Shown here in pieces: positions 12,901-27,900 of a DNA stretch of 64,000 nucleotides. Source of the DNA: Callorhinchus milii (taxonomy: Eukaryota); the NCBI RefSeq assembly GCF_018977255.1, contig NW_024704743.1, forward strand, positions 49,292,001 through 49,356,000, given 5' to 3'. The notes under the pieces were generated by a model. It had not been told where the DNA came from, ran no database searches, and worked only from the letters and a program-made list of their open reading frames with translations. The translations under genes and the position numbers were made by a program. Numbering within the stretch: the first letter of the stretch is position 1; each line of letters starts with the position of its first letter.

Positions 12901-15900
12901 ACGTGAAAAGCACTATATCAAATGCACGGATTATTATTCTTTTATTATTATGCTACACTCCAGCAGGACTCCGACGCATGCTCTGGGGTTCCCAAGCTTT
13001 GGCTCTTGCCAACTATGCCTAGTACTTTCTGAAATTAGGTAAACAGGATATGTTCCTCCAGGGAGAGGCTGTGCATTCCATTCCACTAAACATCTCTAGA
13101 ATTTACATGTATAGGTGGGATGCATGGAACTCAGTTTGGTTCGGATACTCTTAAGCATTGTGTGTCAGACACCCGACTGACCAAAAATAAAAAAGTAAGT
13201 GATGTTAAGAAGATGAGGTGGGTCGAGAGAAAGCACCCAGTCAATTATTGTAGGTTAGCAGAGAATCTCGACGGAGGATCTTCCATTCAGAGTAGACCCA
13301 TTCAGCCACTCCACCCATTCAGAATATCACTCAGCCTGCCTAGAACTAATCACTTCTGTGTTTTAATAAATTACAGTCACCATTTCAGCCAGCTAGTCAA
13401 GCTATTTTTATTAACTTCTGGGGCTTAGGAATGTAACACTGATGCTTAAAGTGATGGCTTGGATTAGTTGGCAACACTCTCACTCCTGATCCAGAAAAGA
13501 TAGGTTCAAGATCCACATCGGGACTTTGAAATCAGTCTAGGCTGACACTCCAAAGAGTGCTAGAGGAACGCTGCGATGTTGGAGGTGTCTTCCTTGTGAT
13601 GAGACACACTCTAAGGTCCCCAAACCTTGTCAAACTAAGTGGGGCAAAATCGTGCTTTGTCTGTGATGCCATATCAAAATGTCTGTGGCAATACATTGGC
13701 TCCTCATATTATACTGGTGGTCATATGGTGCTGATCCACACTGAGAACATTACTTTATGAAGATCTTGCTCCTGTCGTCATATTGATTCTTGGTACCAAA
13801 TTCATCACTGAATGGATCAATAAGTCGTAATGGTGTTAGTCTTGTCCTTTTAAAATATTGTCTTACTTGGGAAAATATTTTTAGAAAGCTGCTTCTAAAG
13901 AAGTCAATTTTAGAAGTAAACTATCTTGGCATTTGAGTGAACACGAATGTCTCTTCATATCTATTCTGATAAAGGTGTTTTAGGTGTGCATCAGTTCAAG
14001 TCGTGTCAAAAGGTATTTGTGTCTTCACAGTTATAATACACTGCACAAAAATTGCTCTATCAAAACAAAACTTGTAGCTGTGAAAGATCAAGATCCTCTA
14101 GGGAATATTTTTTTTCCTTTTTCAATTTATTACTTCCAAAATAGGTTTAGAATAACACCCAAAGTTAAATGCTAGTTCAACTGAGCACCCCTGCTTGTTT
14201 CTTTATTTTTCTCCCTATCTTTAAGGACCAACTTGTAAACACAATTTGTAAATGCAAATCGCTCACTTGCTATCCAGCTAATTCCTGAATACCATTTTGT
14301 AATTAGATGGCACTGTATCATGTACATGAGGTAGATTAACGGACAGTACCTGTGTTCTTATTGTCGCAAACCTGTCATGTAAGAATACATTTTTAGCTTC
14401 ACAGCTTCCCTTTCTGTATGAAGGAGAAAACATTGGGAACTAAAAGTAGGTCGTGATAAAAATAGCCTGTTTAGGTGTCACAGTAGGTCTGGTTATTTAG
14501 GCCAGCCCACAGGTTTAGGAATACAGATTTTTTTAGTTAAATAAATTAATATGTTGCCAGATATCCTGTAATTGCAACTGTTCTCTTCACTGTTGCATTT
14601 TTAAAATGAGTGTGAAAGATTGAACAACATAATAAAAACCGGATAATAATCAATGATATTGTATGAACCACAAAAGGCTTCATTTTAGACAGTGTGCGCT
14701 AATTTTGCTATTTTCGATTTTGATGTTGTTTTGCTCTCTGCTTTTGCACTTTGCCAACATTCGGAAACCATAATTATCTGTTTTGTAAATATTACAAGTT
14801 GAACAATTTTCGGATGTCAGTCACAAAGCAAATGCACATATCACAAATTAGACCCCAATATCATTTTTGTTATACATCCTGGTTAAATTCAGCATTTTAT
14901 CTTCCTCTCCGCTGTACATTTTTAAATGTACCTTATGGATAAATATTATAAATTGACTTCTGTTTAACTTCCCTTCACTCAGAAATTGCTGCAGTTAAAG
15001 GAATCTGTGATACTATTGAGAAAGTACATATCACTTTACAAATTCAAGTAAACACTCTATATACTGATTTTGATATTCAGTAGTCTGCATTTCGTTATGA
15101 TTGTGTTTGAAAATCATTGGATCATTGGTTCTGAACATTTGGTAATTTTTGCCCCTCTTGTACCCAGTAAAAGTTGATTTGTCCCTCTTGGTTTGACGGA
15201 AATTAAATTAATTTATATTTAAAAAAATCCAAACTCTCAAGAGTCTCTCCTGGTGAAATGTGTAACTGCTAATTTGAATAAAAGACAAAACAACATTGAC
15301 CAAAATGTAACTTTTTAAGCGCTCCAATGTTACTCACGTGAAGGACACTGTATAAATGCATGTTGTTGTTTTCCAATATTTCAGACAAATGAGGAGAGAA
15401 GTTTTTTAAGTGAATGACTTTTTCTTATTTTCTGTGAAAGTTATCTGATTATTTTAATGCAGTATTGCTTGGAGAATGCTGCAGGGGTGCAGCATTGTGA
15501 TTGGGTCAGAATGTCCCAGGGAGGAACGTGAATTGTGCACGAAGCAACTTGTAGCTGAGTCAGAATTGCTGTTTCTGGTTTGTAGAAGTGCATTCTCTCC
15601 TTCAATCATCTCATAGTTTAACTATGTAGAACGTGCAATATCAAATGCAAGGATTATTTTTATCTCATAACAGATCCTGGTGTTCGTGTGATCCTCTTTT
15701 TTGTGCTCTGTTTGCAGAGAAGTGCCTGAAAGACCAACAATTACACTGATTGTTGCAATTTGATCATTAGAATTGCTGTTGTCTCAGTCCAAAAAAATCT
15801 CTTAAAAATAACATATTACAACGCAAACCCACTAATAGTCCAATGTAACAACTGACTTTACACATTAAAATCAAGCAAAACCTGGCAAATAAAACAAAAC

Positions 15901-18900
15901 TAATATATTATACACACACGTACTAGATAAAGCAATAATCCCTCCACGAGGGGTTAAATTAGACTTGTATTGAAATGTGTCTTGCTTCAGGTAACAAACT
16001 TGGATCAATGAACAATTGTTGACCAACTTGCGAAAAACTGCTCTCCTGGTATCTAGCTTTTTGTATCCTGGCAGATAAGGCTTGCACGTGTCAGACTATC
16101 TAGCTTGTTATATCGTCCATACAGCCACTAATAGTCCATTAAACTATTAATACAAATAATTAATTGTTGTATGAAAGGCATCAACTGATAAACTGAAGTG
16201 TCTATTATATGTTTCCAGAAAGCCTTAGTATCGTCTTTGAGAAATCTCAAGGGGTACAGGATACTTTGGATTTATTAATGTTAAGAATGCTAAGATTTTA
16301 TACTGAGTAGTATATTGTGCACAGTCTTGTACTTACAGCTACACCTATTTATATTACTACAAAGGTCCTGCAGTTACACTAAATTAAACCAATATCAAGG
16401 AAAATGAGTGAGAGAGAGAGGGGAGAAATTGTGGTGGTGGAGAATTTGTGTGGAGTACAAACACGGGCATGGACTAGTTGGGCCAAATGCCCTGATTCCA
16501 TGCCGTATCATTCTATGTAATTCTGTGTAATGAAAATGGAAAGTAACTGAAATGATCCTCTTTTCTACACGAGAAGCTAATTTAGAAAATGGTTGCGTTC
16601 ACCACCTCTAATCCCACCACTTGTCAATCAATGAATGATGATTACAATCACAGTGCTAAACATTCAATAAGGATGAAACACTGCAGAAGCTTTCCATTGA
16701 TTGCTACAACCACCTGAGCTTGTTTTGCTGTTCCATAACTTGCATTTTGGGTGTGCCGGGTGAAAATTTCGGGAAGTCTTAAAATGTTGTACGGTAAAAT
16801 ACACAAATTATAAAACTTTTTTTATTTTTTTAAAACTCATTACTTTACCGACCTGGAAGCAAATTGCAAAATTTTCATCCTCATTCTGGATAGTTCATGG
16901 TTCAGTCAAACACATGAAATAGAACAAAGATTGAACAAAACTTATAGACGTTTGGGTAGGTGAAACTGGAAGGCTTAAGGAATCTATTGAATGCAACACT
17001 TCTGTTCAAAGATTAATCTGGTGTCTCAGGACCAAAATACATGCATCAGACTTGCTCACTCCACAGACCCTTGCCAGCATTTATTAAGTGTAATATTAAA
17101 ATGTGTCCAGGGTGAGGTCGTTACAGGGCTGAAGTTTGAATTGGCTTCTGTTATTTTGTTGAAGATTGAGGTTGAACAGACGTGAATCTCTGTGGAGTCC
17201 CAGTCCATCAGTGGAATTCCTGGGTTGTGTTCCCATCTCCCTTGCAGGTTTTCTGTGAGATCTCCTTCCGTAGAGTACAGTCTGAGATATATTGTGGAGA
17301 TGTATTTATTCAGGGGGCTGGGTTTGTGATGATATTTTTCTCTGAGGGTAGGTGTGAGATTTGAAATAAAATGGTGCATTATTGTAAATAATGGCGCGGA
17401 GGGGAATTCTGATTTGGAAGTTGGAACTTCTCCTTTAACTCCAGACCATAGAAAGAAAGTGGGGTTCATAGTAAGGAGCCTGAATTGCTGGACAGATACT
17501 CAACTTGGAAGTATCTGAAATAAATATAGGAGACAGGACAGAATATTAATCCATCCAATTTTTATTTTAACATTGCATGAATCCACACTTATCTACTTAC
17601 ATTGTGATGTTATGTAATCTGTTAATGCAGTGGGGTTTGCATCAATTTTATAGCTAGGTTAAGTGCTTTGTAGCTTTAAAAGTAGACATCAAGCATTGTG
17701 GTTCAGAGGAAATCTATTATTTATCACATTGTCCTGATGTATGCGATCAGTGTATTTTATTGTGTGGCCTATTTAATATTTTATGGGGTCATCTCCCCAA
17801 CCTATGCAGTAAATTAATACCAACTGTGTGCGTACAGTGGAGTATTTGAAACATTTCGGTTTCTGTTTATGTCAAATAGTAACTATTTTTGACGTTGTCA
17901 TCTTATACTGGATTTAAATAGAAACTACCCAGATCTACTTTTGAAAGACTATTGAATATGTTACCAATGTAGGTTGGGTGTGATCTCACAGCTTAGCTAA
18001 ATGAAATACCAAGATAAGGATGGGGCAAGAGCTTGAAGGCAGGGTACGGATCTTGAAGCCAATCTGCTGGAGGATAGCGAACCAATGGAGCCGGTTAGGA
18101 TGGGGGAATGTTGCTTTGTGTAGCTGAATGCAGGAGAGGAGATAAGCTGCAGAGTTCTAAATGTTCATTATTATGTGTTGAGCACTCTGTTTTATATAAT
18201 TTTAGTTCAGCTGTGCTAGGCAAATCCATTCCAATTGTAGTTAAATCTCTTGCTAGTCGTAGGAATACTGTACAACAGTATAACAATCGGTTGATTAATG
18301 CTATTGATTCTAGTTGTTCATTTTAACATTACTGCATATATCAAAAGAAGCCTTAAGTAAATTTTGTAATAATAGATCAACATACTGATTTGAATCCAGT
18401 ATGAAATAGATTAAATTACTAAAGAAAAACTGAAAGAAATTTGGTATTTGTACTGTTGATTAAAACTAGGCATGCCAACAGTGTAGCATTTAACTTTTAT
18501 TATAATATGGTCCAAAAAGAAGTGACAGTAATATTATTTACGAATCCAATAACTGGGGGAAGGTTACCAGCTGGAATGAAGGTTGATTAATGTTGTCTTG
18601 TCCTGTATCTGTGAGGATGAGAGAGCTTCATGCTTGGTCTAGTGGCTGGTTCCAGTCCCACTATTTCATTAGACATTGAGTACAGGGAGATAGATGCAAG
18701 GAGAGACTAATTCTGTATCTCTGTGTCCCACTGCACGGTTTGTCATCAAATGCCCCATCTGCTGGATTGGCTATGAACTGACAGTCATTGTGGACCATTG
18801 GGTACAAATACCAATTAACTCGGGAATTTGAGATCTGGCCTTGGGCAGGGAACACAGCATTCTATGTGCTGCATTTACCAGGGCTGCTTAACTTCGCACA

Positions 18901-21900
18901 CTGCAATCCTATTGGCTTTGGTTCAATTTGTTTTGAATTTCACTGACACAATTATATGCTGCAGCTGCCGTATTTTACATGGATCATTTCTAACCTGGAA
19001 AATCTGAGCCAGTCAAAGGATACTAACATTTATATTCCACTTGAAAATGTTCCAGCCAATTCTTAACTGTATAACCCGATTGAAATGCTTTGTAATTCAT
19101 TGAAAAGTTGATTACCTGAATAGTTATTGTCCTATAATTCTTGACATTGGAATATGAATAGTTACATTTAATTTTCTCCTTCTCACCCAACAGCAGCAAG
19201 ACCTTACTCAAGTAACCAACCCTCTGGTGCATCAACTCTCAAATGAAAGCAGGGTCTCTCGAACAGACTCTCTCTCCGAATTTTTTGATGCACAGGAAGT
19301 CTTGCTGTCCGCAAGCTCTTCAGAGAATGAAGTTAGTGGATATTCTACTGCAAATCAATAATTTACATTTTTATATAGTGCCATTTCATAAAATAACGTC
19401 ACTAGAGTGCTTATCTCGGGGGAGGGAAGAAAGAGTGCGTACTCCATACCATGTACTTGGAAAACTTATATGTATGGAACTTTAATATTTTTTTCTGCTG
19501 ACTCTTCAGAGTCGCACAGAACACAGGTTTGATTCCTGGTCTGTGTTCTAGCCGATTCCAGCCAGGGATTGGCTGGGGTGCTAAAATTGGAGTTAACTGG
19601 ACTCGGGAGGAGAAACATCAGCCAGGTTTCCTGATTGTTTCCAGTAATGTGTGCTGACATGGGGAAGGGATTGTAGTTTTCCCAAGGCACGATCAGCCTC
19701 AGATACGTCATCTCTAAGGTCAAATAATTTGCACCACTCAGTGTCTAGGCTCAGGTATAAATAATGTTCACTTGGAAAGTTATTGGAGGGTGATGAGTGC
19801 GTGTGGAATTCCGGCAAAGGGTCAACTACCTTCAAGAGAGGAGAGGAGATGAGGAGGAAATTGGCTAGCATTAAAACTAACTCTGTGGCACAATCATTTT
19901 TACGTGGCACTTTATTTTTGCATTTATGTCCATACTAGTTATTCAGATATTTTAAAAAGTGTGAATAAAGTGTTTTCTCTGTGGCAGGCTTCAGATGATG
20001 ACTCGTATGTCAGTGACATAAGTGACAATATTTCAGAGGACAACTTAAGTACTGAAGTGGAGATTGATACTCCGAATATGTGTAAGATTATTTTGCTTGT
20101 TCTTGACCTGGCATATGTCATTCCATGCCACATGTGCTGGTGGGTGAATTGGTGTTTATTGAAGAGACAAGTCAAATTTCCAAAATAATTTTTACTTAAT
20201 GAAAATGAGACTTGTAGCAAAATGAGTTTCATTTGAAGCTAGCTGCAAACCTAACCTCAGCTGATAGTAGCAACTCTTGAGAAGCTCTTCATTTTAATTA
20301 TTTTATCACTAGTGTCTGAATATGCAATTTGCTTGATATCAACTAATCAAGTTGGATAATTTTACAGGTTGTAAGTTATCAGCCTACATACCTGGCTTCG
20401 AGCACCTGCAAAAATATTTTTTTCAGTATAGCTTTAATCAAATACACACATCACAATAAATGTGAATTAAAGCTCATTGGTGGTAATTAGCTTGTTATTG
20501 GAGTTCACTCAAACCCTCTGAGAAAGCAGCAAATTTCACCCTCCCTGTAAGAATGCTGTATTTTGTTGCACACTAATCCCATCATGTTATGAAATAATTT
20601 GCTAATGGCAGTATTTCTCTGCAAAGCCTTAAAAGATTGAAATGCTTTGTCAATGACCACTTGCACCCTAATAGTCACACAGCATCAACACTTGTTTCTG
20701 TCTGGTTGTCATTTTGTAATCCCTCAGCATGCATTAGCTTTGGGACGGTGCTCACTGTCAATCCGGCCGATCACATTCTACATTTGTTTGTTTTGTCTAG
20801 TTCTGCTGCAAGGGTCATTTTATGACCTCCATTTTCATTGTGTGAAAACATCCCCCAGAAAATAGATTGTGTTTCAAGAAGCGTGTCTCAAAACCTTAGC
20901 TATTTTGACAATTTTGTTAACTCAACATTTGAATTCGAGCCCGAGAAACATGACATTGGAACACTGATAATGGTGACTTCTGTCCCTTTCCGTGACTTCT
21001 CACACCTAGTTTCTCATTATTGTGTGGTGCAGACCCAGGATAAGTGTACATTATTGATTATTTTCTTATCTCAAATCTTATAAATAAAAAGATTTGCAAA
21101 TGTTACATTCTTCCTTTTCTCTTGCCTCCCCCCCCCCAGTCTCCCATGCCTCACAGAAAGGTCAAACTGGAGGCCAGTAGTGATTGAAGTCCCTCAGGGA
21201 TTTGCTCTGAGCTCCATATTCCTCCGTAGATTTGAAGAGTCGGAGCAAGATACAGTAGTTATATTTTCAGTTGGAACCAGGCTGGAGGGAGGGGAGGAGA
21301 CTATGGATTCAGAGATGGTAACCAACACCTTACAAGAGAGCTCAGGAGGGTGGCATACACTGTGGGTCAGAACTTTAATGGGTACAAATGCACAGTGTTA
21401 TCACCAGGTAGGAATACAGGTGAGCACTCCCTATCAGCCGAACCGGGGGGAGTGGGGTGACCATAGGCACAGTTGAATAGGAAGGTCTTCAGGCCCGATA
21501 ACTGCATGACCACTGAACTGCAACAAGTTGAGATTATGAATTTAAATCTATAGTTGAACATATACATGCATGTGCATTTAACCAGCAGGGATTTTTTGTC
21601 CTGCCAAGCAAGCATCTTATAGACAGCAGGGCCTAATACTCTCCAGAATTAGGTAAGCAAGGTGTGTCCATCCAGTGGAAGAGTGCACATTCCTCTTCTA
21701 GACACAAGGAGATCTGAAGGTGGCATGCATATGTGGAACTGTCTGGTTCGAATACTCTTAAGCATGGTGATGAGATTCTGCATATATCTGTTTGACCAAA
21801 AAAAATATATTCTTTGATCTGAAATCATCTCCTGGAGGTTGATTTGTGATGGGAACGCAAATCTAGAATCTGTCAGTGCAGCAATCGGAAACCATTGTCC

Positions 21901-24900
21901 ATTCAAAACTTCAGCCAATTGATATTCCAAGTGTAATATAAATAGGTTGTAAGGTTCCTGGGGAATAAAAGCTTAAGTAGACAAGACAGAATTTGGTGAA
22001 AATATTTTTTTTAATATCTTCCCATTCAGATATAACAGTGAATAGTCATTTCACTCATTGTGAAATGTGTTATATAATTTTCTTTCACAAATAGGGACCC
22101 AGACAGAAGGAAAGTGGAAGGTCAAATGAGTGTTAAGACTCTTAGAGATGACCTGAAAATACCTCTCTTCCTACAGAAAAATAAGCAGTGCTGAGATCAA
22201 TTAAGTTCATTACTAACATAATAGAAACTTCACTTGAACACTGAAGGTCTTAGCCCTTATTTATGGGACCTCAAGTATATACATACACCGTGTTTAAAAA
22301 AAAATACACTTTTGATTAACTTCAGCTCAGGTTAAATGTGCCACTTATTAATCTTTTAATGTGTATATAATGGCAGCTCGAAGTCTTCTGCCATTTCATA
22401 CTGTAGATGATTATAATTGATTATTGTAAAATTGCGTTCATTTTCACATTTAAACAAAAAAATAGTAATCAGTTCTTTATGAAGATTGTTCCTAATGTGC
22501 AATTATGTAGGTTGTTTAACCTGTACAGAAACTTTTGGCCAGCTGTACATATCTGCTCACCCTGATATCAAATCTATCCTGCATGCTTTCTTTCCACCAC
22601 TCCATCATGGATTAGTAAGTGCCAATAAATTAAAATATTTTGTGCTCACTGACCAGTTAGTAAATATATTCCATCTGGAATGTAGTTAAGTTTCTATAAA
22701 TAGGACTGCAAATATTGCAGACAGTGGGTTACTTTCCATGGATTTATATAGACTCTTGAAAAGTACCGTTTGTTTTTAAAATTAAACTTATAGTAATAAT
22801 CCTTACATTTGATATAGTGCCTTATCATACCATTGAGACATCTCAAAGCGCTTCACAAAACATATTGTAAAGTGATTTGACTATATTTTGTGCGAGAACT
22901 TTTCTAAATGTACAGAATAGGGCCATTTTCTTTTCTTTTTAGCTAAGTTTACTGTCCTCCCCACATTGTGTACCACTTCTTGTTGAAATGGACTTCATTT
23001 AACCTGTTTACTCTGTAAAGTTGTACGCAGGATTAGGATGCGCTTCTAGATAATTGGTATGTATTTCATAGTGCTGCATTTCACAGTCTATTATTTTCTT
23101 TGTTCCCCCACTGAGAAAGCAATAAAATTGGAACATGAATTATAGCATCAATGATTGCTGTAACCTGACAAGCATCTGATCAATGCTAGAAATAAATAAC
23201 AGAAAACAAAAAGATTGATCTTCTATCCAAGGTTATAAGAACAGAGTGGCTGTGCTTGCCCCTATGTTACAGTTGAGCTGTTTCTGTGAGAATACCAAGT
23301 AAAACTGCACAAAACTGCAATTTGCTCAACATTGTATGTAGATGTTGATGTTAGTATTCTGAAACCTAAACAAATTATTTGCTTCCTTCTTTTGTTTGTT
23401 TGTTTTAAAAAGTATCTGCTGCCCAAAATGGGACGGAACATCTTGCGAGAAGAAGATCGTGTCTGCCAGCTCCAGGACCAAACATCAGTAATATAAGTTT
23501 GTGGAATATTCTAAGGAATAACATAGGAAAAGATCTTTCCAAGGTTTCCATGCCGGTTCAACTAAACGAGCCATTGAACACTCTTCAGCGCCTATGTGAA
23601 GAACTGGAGTACAGCGAACTACTGGATAAGGCATCTCAGACCCTGGACCCTTTTGAAAGAATGGTAAATAGCTGTTTAAAAGTTGTTTGTATCCAAACAT
23701 GGGATAACCCTTTGTGAGGGATCACTTCGCTTGATAAAGAACCCAGCCAACTGTGAGAATTCATATGAACTGTAAGACCCGTTGATCATTAATACTTTAA
23801 ATGATGAGTATCGTGTTAACCTTTTCACCAACACGTTGCCAGTTTTCTAATGCTTGGGTTTTAACTTTGTTTAATCTTTCTTTCAGTGCCTCCCTGATAT
23901 GCCTTAGCATGATTTGTTTTTGTAAATCGGTCATTGTTGATATTACAAGATTGGTTCGGGTGAAGAAGGCACTTCGGCCCATTCAATCTTTTCCTTGCAG
24001 AACATCCATCCTACTGTCTCACATCACAGCATCAACCTAGACTAGTTTCCTGGCTTCAGGAATGGCCTCCTTTTGTGCTGTAATATTCTATGATTCCATG
24101 ATTCTACTTTACAGTAATTATTGTTGTGACCTTTCCTGAGTATTGACTGCCACTTCAGTGCAGAACTGGGGCAGTTCCGCATTGGTCAGAGGTGTCATCT
24201 TTCAGATGAGATGTCAAAGTAAGGTCGTATCTGTCCATTTAGGCGGATATTAAGGATTCACGTGACCCTATTAAAAAAGAGAACAGAATTTCCCCTGTAG
24301 AAACAAGGAAAAGTTGCCCAAATTTCAAATTGTGTGTTTTTTTAATAAAAGCAGTTTTGCTGGCCTTTTAAAGTATTACAGTGGAATAAATAATAATCTT
24401 TCAAATGGTACTTGTTGCTTCTATTTTGTAGAACACAACAGTAAAAATATTATTTTAGGAACTTGACTTTGTAAAATCAAACTTGTTTGACCTTCAGTAC
24501 AAGATTTTTTTTCCTGAGCATGTGTTTTAAATAACGAAATATCCCTGTTCACTGGTTCTATGTAAACTGCCACAATGTAAAAAGAATTAATGAATGATAA
24601 TTCTGATTTCTGTATCTTAATGAATCAATGTTCCGGGAAGTGCTTAAGTGATGGAATGAGAACAGGATCATTTATCTTTCATATTCCCACAGGTTTTCGT
24701 AGCAGCTTTTGCAGTTTCAGCTTATGCATCCACATATTACAGAGCTGGGAGTAAGCCATTTAACCCAGTTCTTGGGGAAACGTATGAATGCGTGAGAGAA
24801 GACAAAGGCTTCAGGTTTATTGCAGAACAGGTAATGCTGCTTCCTACACATTTAGGGTGTTCATATCATGTCTCTAAATGTACAGAGTGAAACTGCTTTT

Positions 24901-27900
24901 GAAAGGTGTTTCTGCACCACTCCTCTACTTCATGAAGTGTAAACCTGCTGAAGCATCAAGTTGGTTGGTAATTCATTCACATCAGTGGTGGCCAACCTGT
25001 GGACCCACTGGGCCATCAAGAAGCCCCCAAATTATTTTCTTACCCGACCATAAAGGTTGGCCCCACTAATTTATATATTGGTTACAATGATAAATGGGTA
25101 AGCAATGTATTTGAAATAAAAATACCGTAGTACTGTAGATTCTAATCATTTGTCTTGTTTTGTATGCTTCATGACTATAACATAATTTAAGAAAAGGGGA
25201 AGTGACTTAAGTGTTGATGTAGGTGAATGGTTTGAGTCTAATATAGTCAGAATGTAAGAAATGGGATTCCTTGTTGTTCAATATATACAAGTATTTTGAA
25301 GCAATCTTGTGGGAGGTTGGATGGATAGACAAATGGTCGACTGACCCCTGCCTCAAACTTTTATTGTGTTTCTGAGAAGCTGTGAACAAAACCTTTGACA
25401 AATCAAATTCTGAGCAAATCAAACCAATTTCAACAGTTTTTATGACAAATCAAAAGTAGAACCCAAATGGATAAGTATGTAAGTATAAGTATGTTTGCAG
25501 TTTTGCAGACAGATATGGACACTCAATAATTGCTCATCTCGAAAGTCGTGGCAAAGGGAGAACTCCTGTTGAGACTAGAAGTGTTTTTCCACAATTCTGA
25601 AATTCTTCAGCACTGTTAAAAGCTAACTAGATTCAAATTCAGAGGGTGGAACAAGTTGGAACTCAAGGCTATTTTTAACTGTTGCATGCCATGAAAGTGA
25701 ACACTATCTTTTAATAATAATAATTCTTGCATTTGTTATAGCGCTTTTCACGTCTTCCAGACGTCTCAAAGTGCTTCACAGAATATACTGTAAAGTGAAT
25801 TGACTATATTTGTGGGCGAAACGTGGCAGCCAATTACACACAGCAGTGTCCCACAAACAGACGTGGATTGAAATGAGCAAATTTTTTTTTAAGGATTATT
25901 ATCCCCGGAAAAGTGATCTGCCAATTGACTAACAACTGGGTTCCTACTTACTGCTCGGTAAACAGAGCCCTGGGAGTAAGGAAACTTGCCCAACATTTCG
26001 CCCTGCCGGGAATGGAACCCAGGTCTCTCGCTTGTTAGGCGAGTGCTCTAACCACTGAGCTACATGATTTTCCCATGATAGCAGATTTATTTTGAGAGGA
26101 GAGAGGAAAAAAATTGTAACTTCAAAAAATATTTTCTTTTCTAGGTCAGCCACCACCCTCCCATTTCTGCATGTAATGCTGAATCAAAAAACTTTGTCTT
26201 CTGGCAAGGTAGGCTTATACAACATGGAAGATTTGGGCTTCTAAACCTGAATTGTAGAATGTTTCTGCACAGAAACTGGCCATTCAGCTCATTAAATCTG
26301 CACATTTGATCGGATTTCCCTTCGTGCCCTGGCACCTCCCTATCTCTCTGACCTACTTACTCCTCAACCCACTACCCGCTGTCTCCGTTCGACTGGCTCT
26401 GGCCTTCTGTAAGTCCCTTGTGCCCTCCGTCGGTGGCCACGCTTTCAACCACTGCACCCCGAAACTCTTGAACACTCTTACTCTATCCTTCTGCCTTGCT
26501 CCTTCCTTCCCCATCTTCAGGTCGCAGCTAAAGGCCTTCCTCTTTGACTGTGCGTACAGCCACCTAACCCTGGCACCAACTGTCCCCTTTAGTATTCCTC
26601 CAATTTAATTGCTCAGTTTTAATCATCTGCTAATAGAAAATAATTCTCTCTTCATTAACCAAATACATGATGCATTTTATGATTTCGGAACTGCTTGATC
26701 TACAATTAATTTGTAATGTATAAAGAAATCAAGATTTATCTAAGAGTAGAATATTTGTACTTTTAACCTTGCTCTCAGATGGTATAAAGTTGATTTATTA
26801 GGATTATAAATGATTGTTTCGTAGTATTGATTTTTTTTCTATTTCAGATGTGAGGTGGAAGAACAAATTCTGGGGTAAATCGATAGAGATAGTACCAATT
26901 GGCACAGTACATGTAACTCTGCCAGGGTGAGTATCATTATGGACAAATCTGTGGCACAAATAAATTGGTTGAAGTAAAATGCACTTACAGTCCAACCCTT
27001 TTATAATGCAAGTTTGCTTATTGCGTGGTTGGGATATAGATCCACCTAACTAAAAAATCCAAAATGTGGTATCATCACTTCACACTGGAACTGATGTGGT
27101 CAACCTCTGATGGCCTACAAGTCATCCATTTGGCTTTCGTCATACAAGCTGGATTTTGAAATGCCAAAGGAGCTGGCCATCTCTTTGCACATATGCCCAG
27201 TGATTGTGAAAGCACTATGTGTTAGAGCTGGTTAGGATTCGAAGGGCAACAACCCCAGGGTTCAAATAGGCTTCTACTGTAGAGAGAGCAGTTTTTTTTT
27301 CCAAACTAACTCATCTCTCTTCTTTGCCTCCCTATCCCTCACTGCTAGATGTTGGAAGATGGAGTTTTTGCTACGATTTTACCGTTTATCAAGGATAGTT
27401 TAGCAACTCATACGCACCTATAGGAAAGAACAATTTGCCATTTCTATTTGCAAGTTGCATTATATTCTGTAAAAATTAAAACTGTTTGGTAATTCCTTTT
27501 CTATTAAGTAGCCTAGACATGTATTTGCAAATGTAATTTATGACCATGAAACCTGTCTTGTGACTGTGGGTCAGTTGTGAGCATGTCCAGTATCTGGGCA
27601 GAGCAGTGAATTAGTACTCAGTCTTTTCACTGATCCAATTGAAGATTTACACATTAAATGAGTATTGCTCGTGGTTTCTGGAACTGGCAGGTTAACAAAC
27701 GCAGAATACAATGGATCCTCATGTATCCACCACTGACGCACCACTCATGCACTGACACAATTTTATTCAGCAAATATACTTGCAAAATAACGTCAAGACG
27801 TCTGAGGTTATTTTGCAAGGGTACGTCAAGTAATGTCTTTTGTTGCAGTGAGTTTGCAGAATAAAATTGGTCAATTTGGCTTTCTGGAGGTCCTGAGAAC

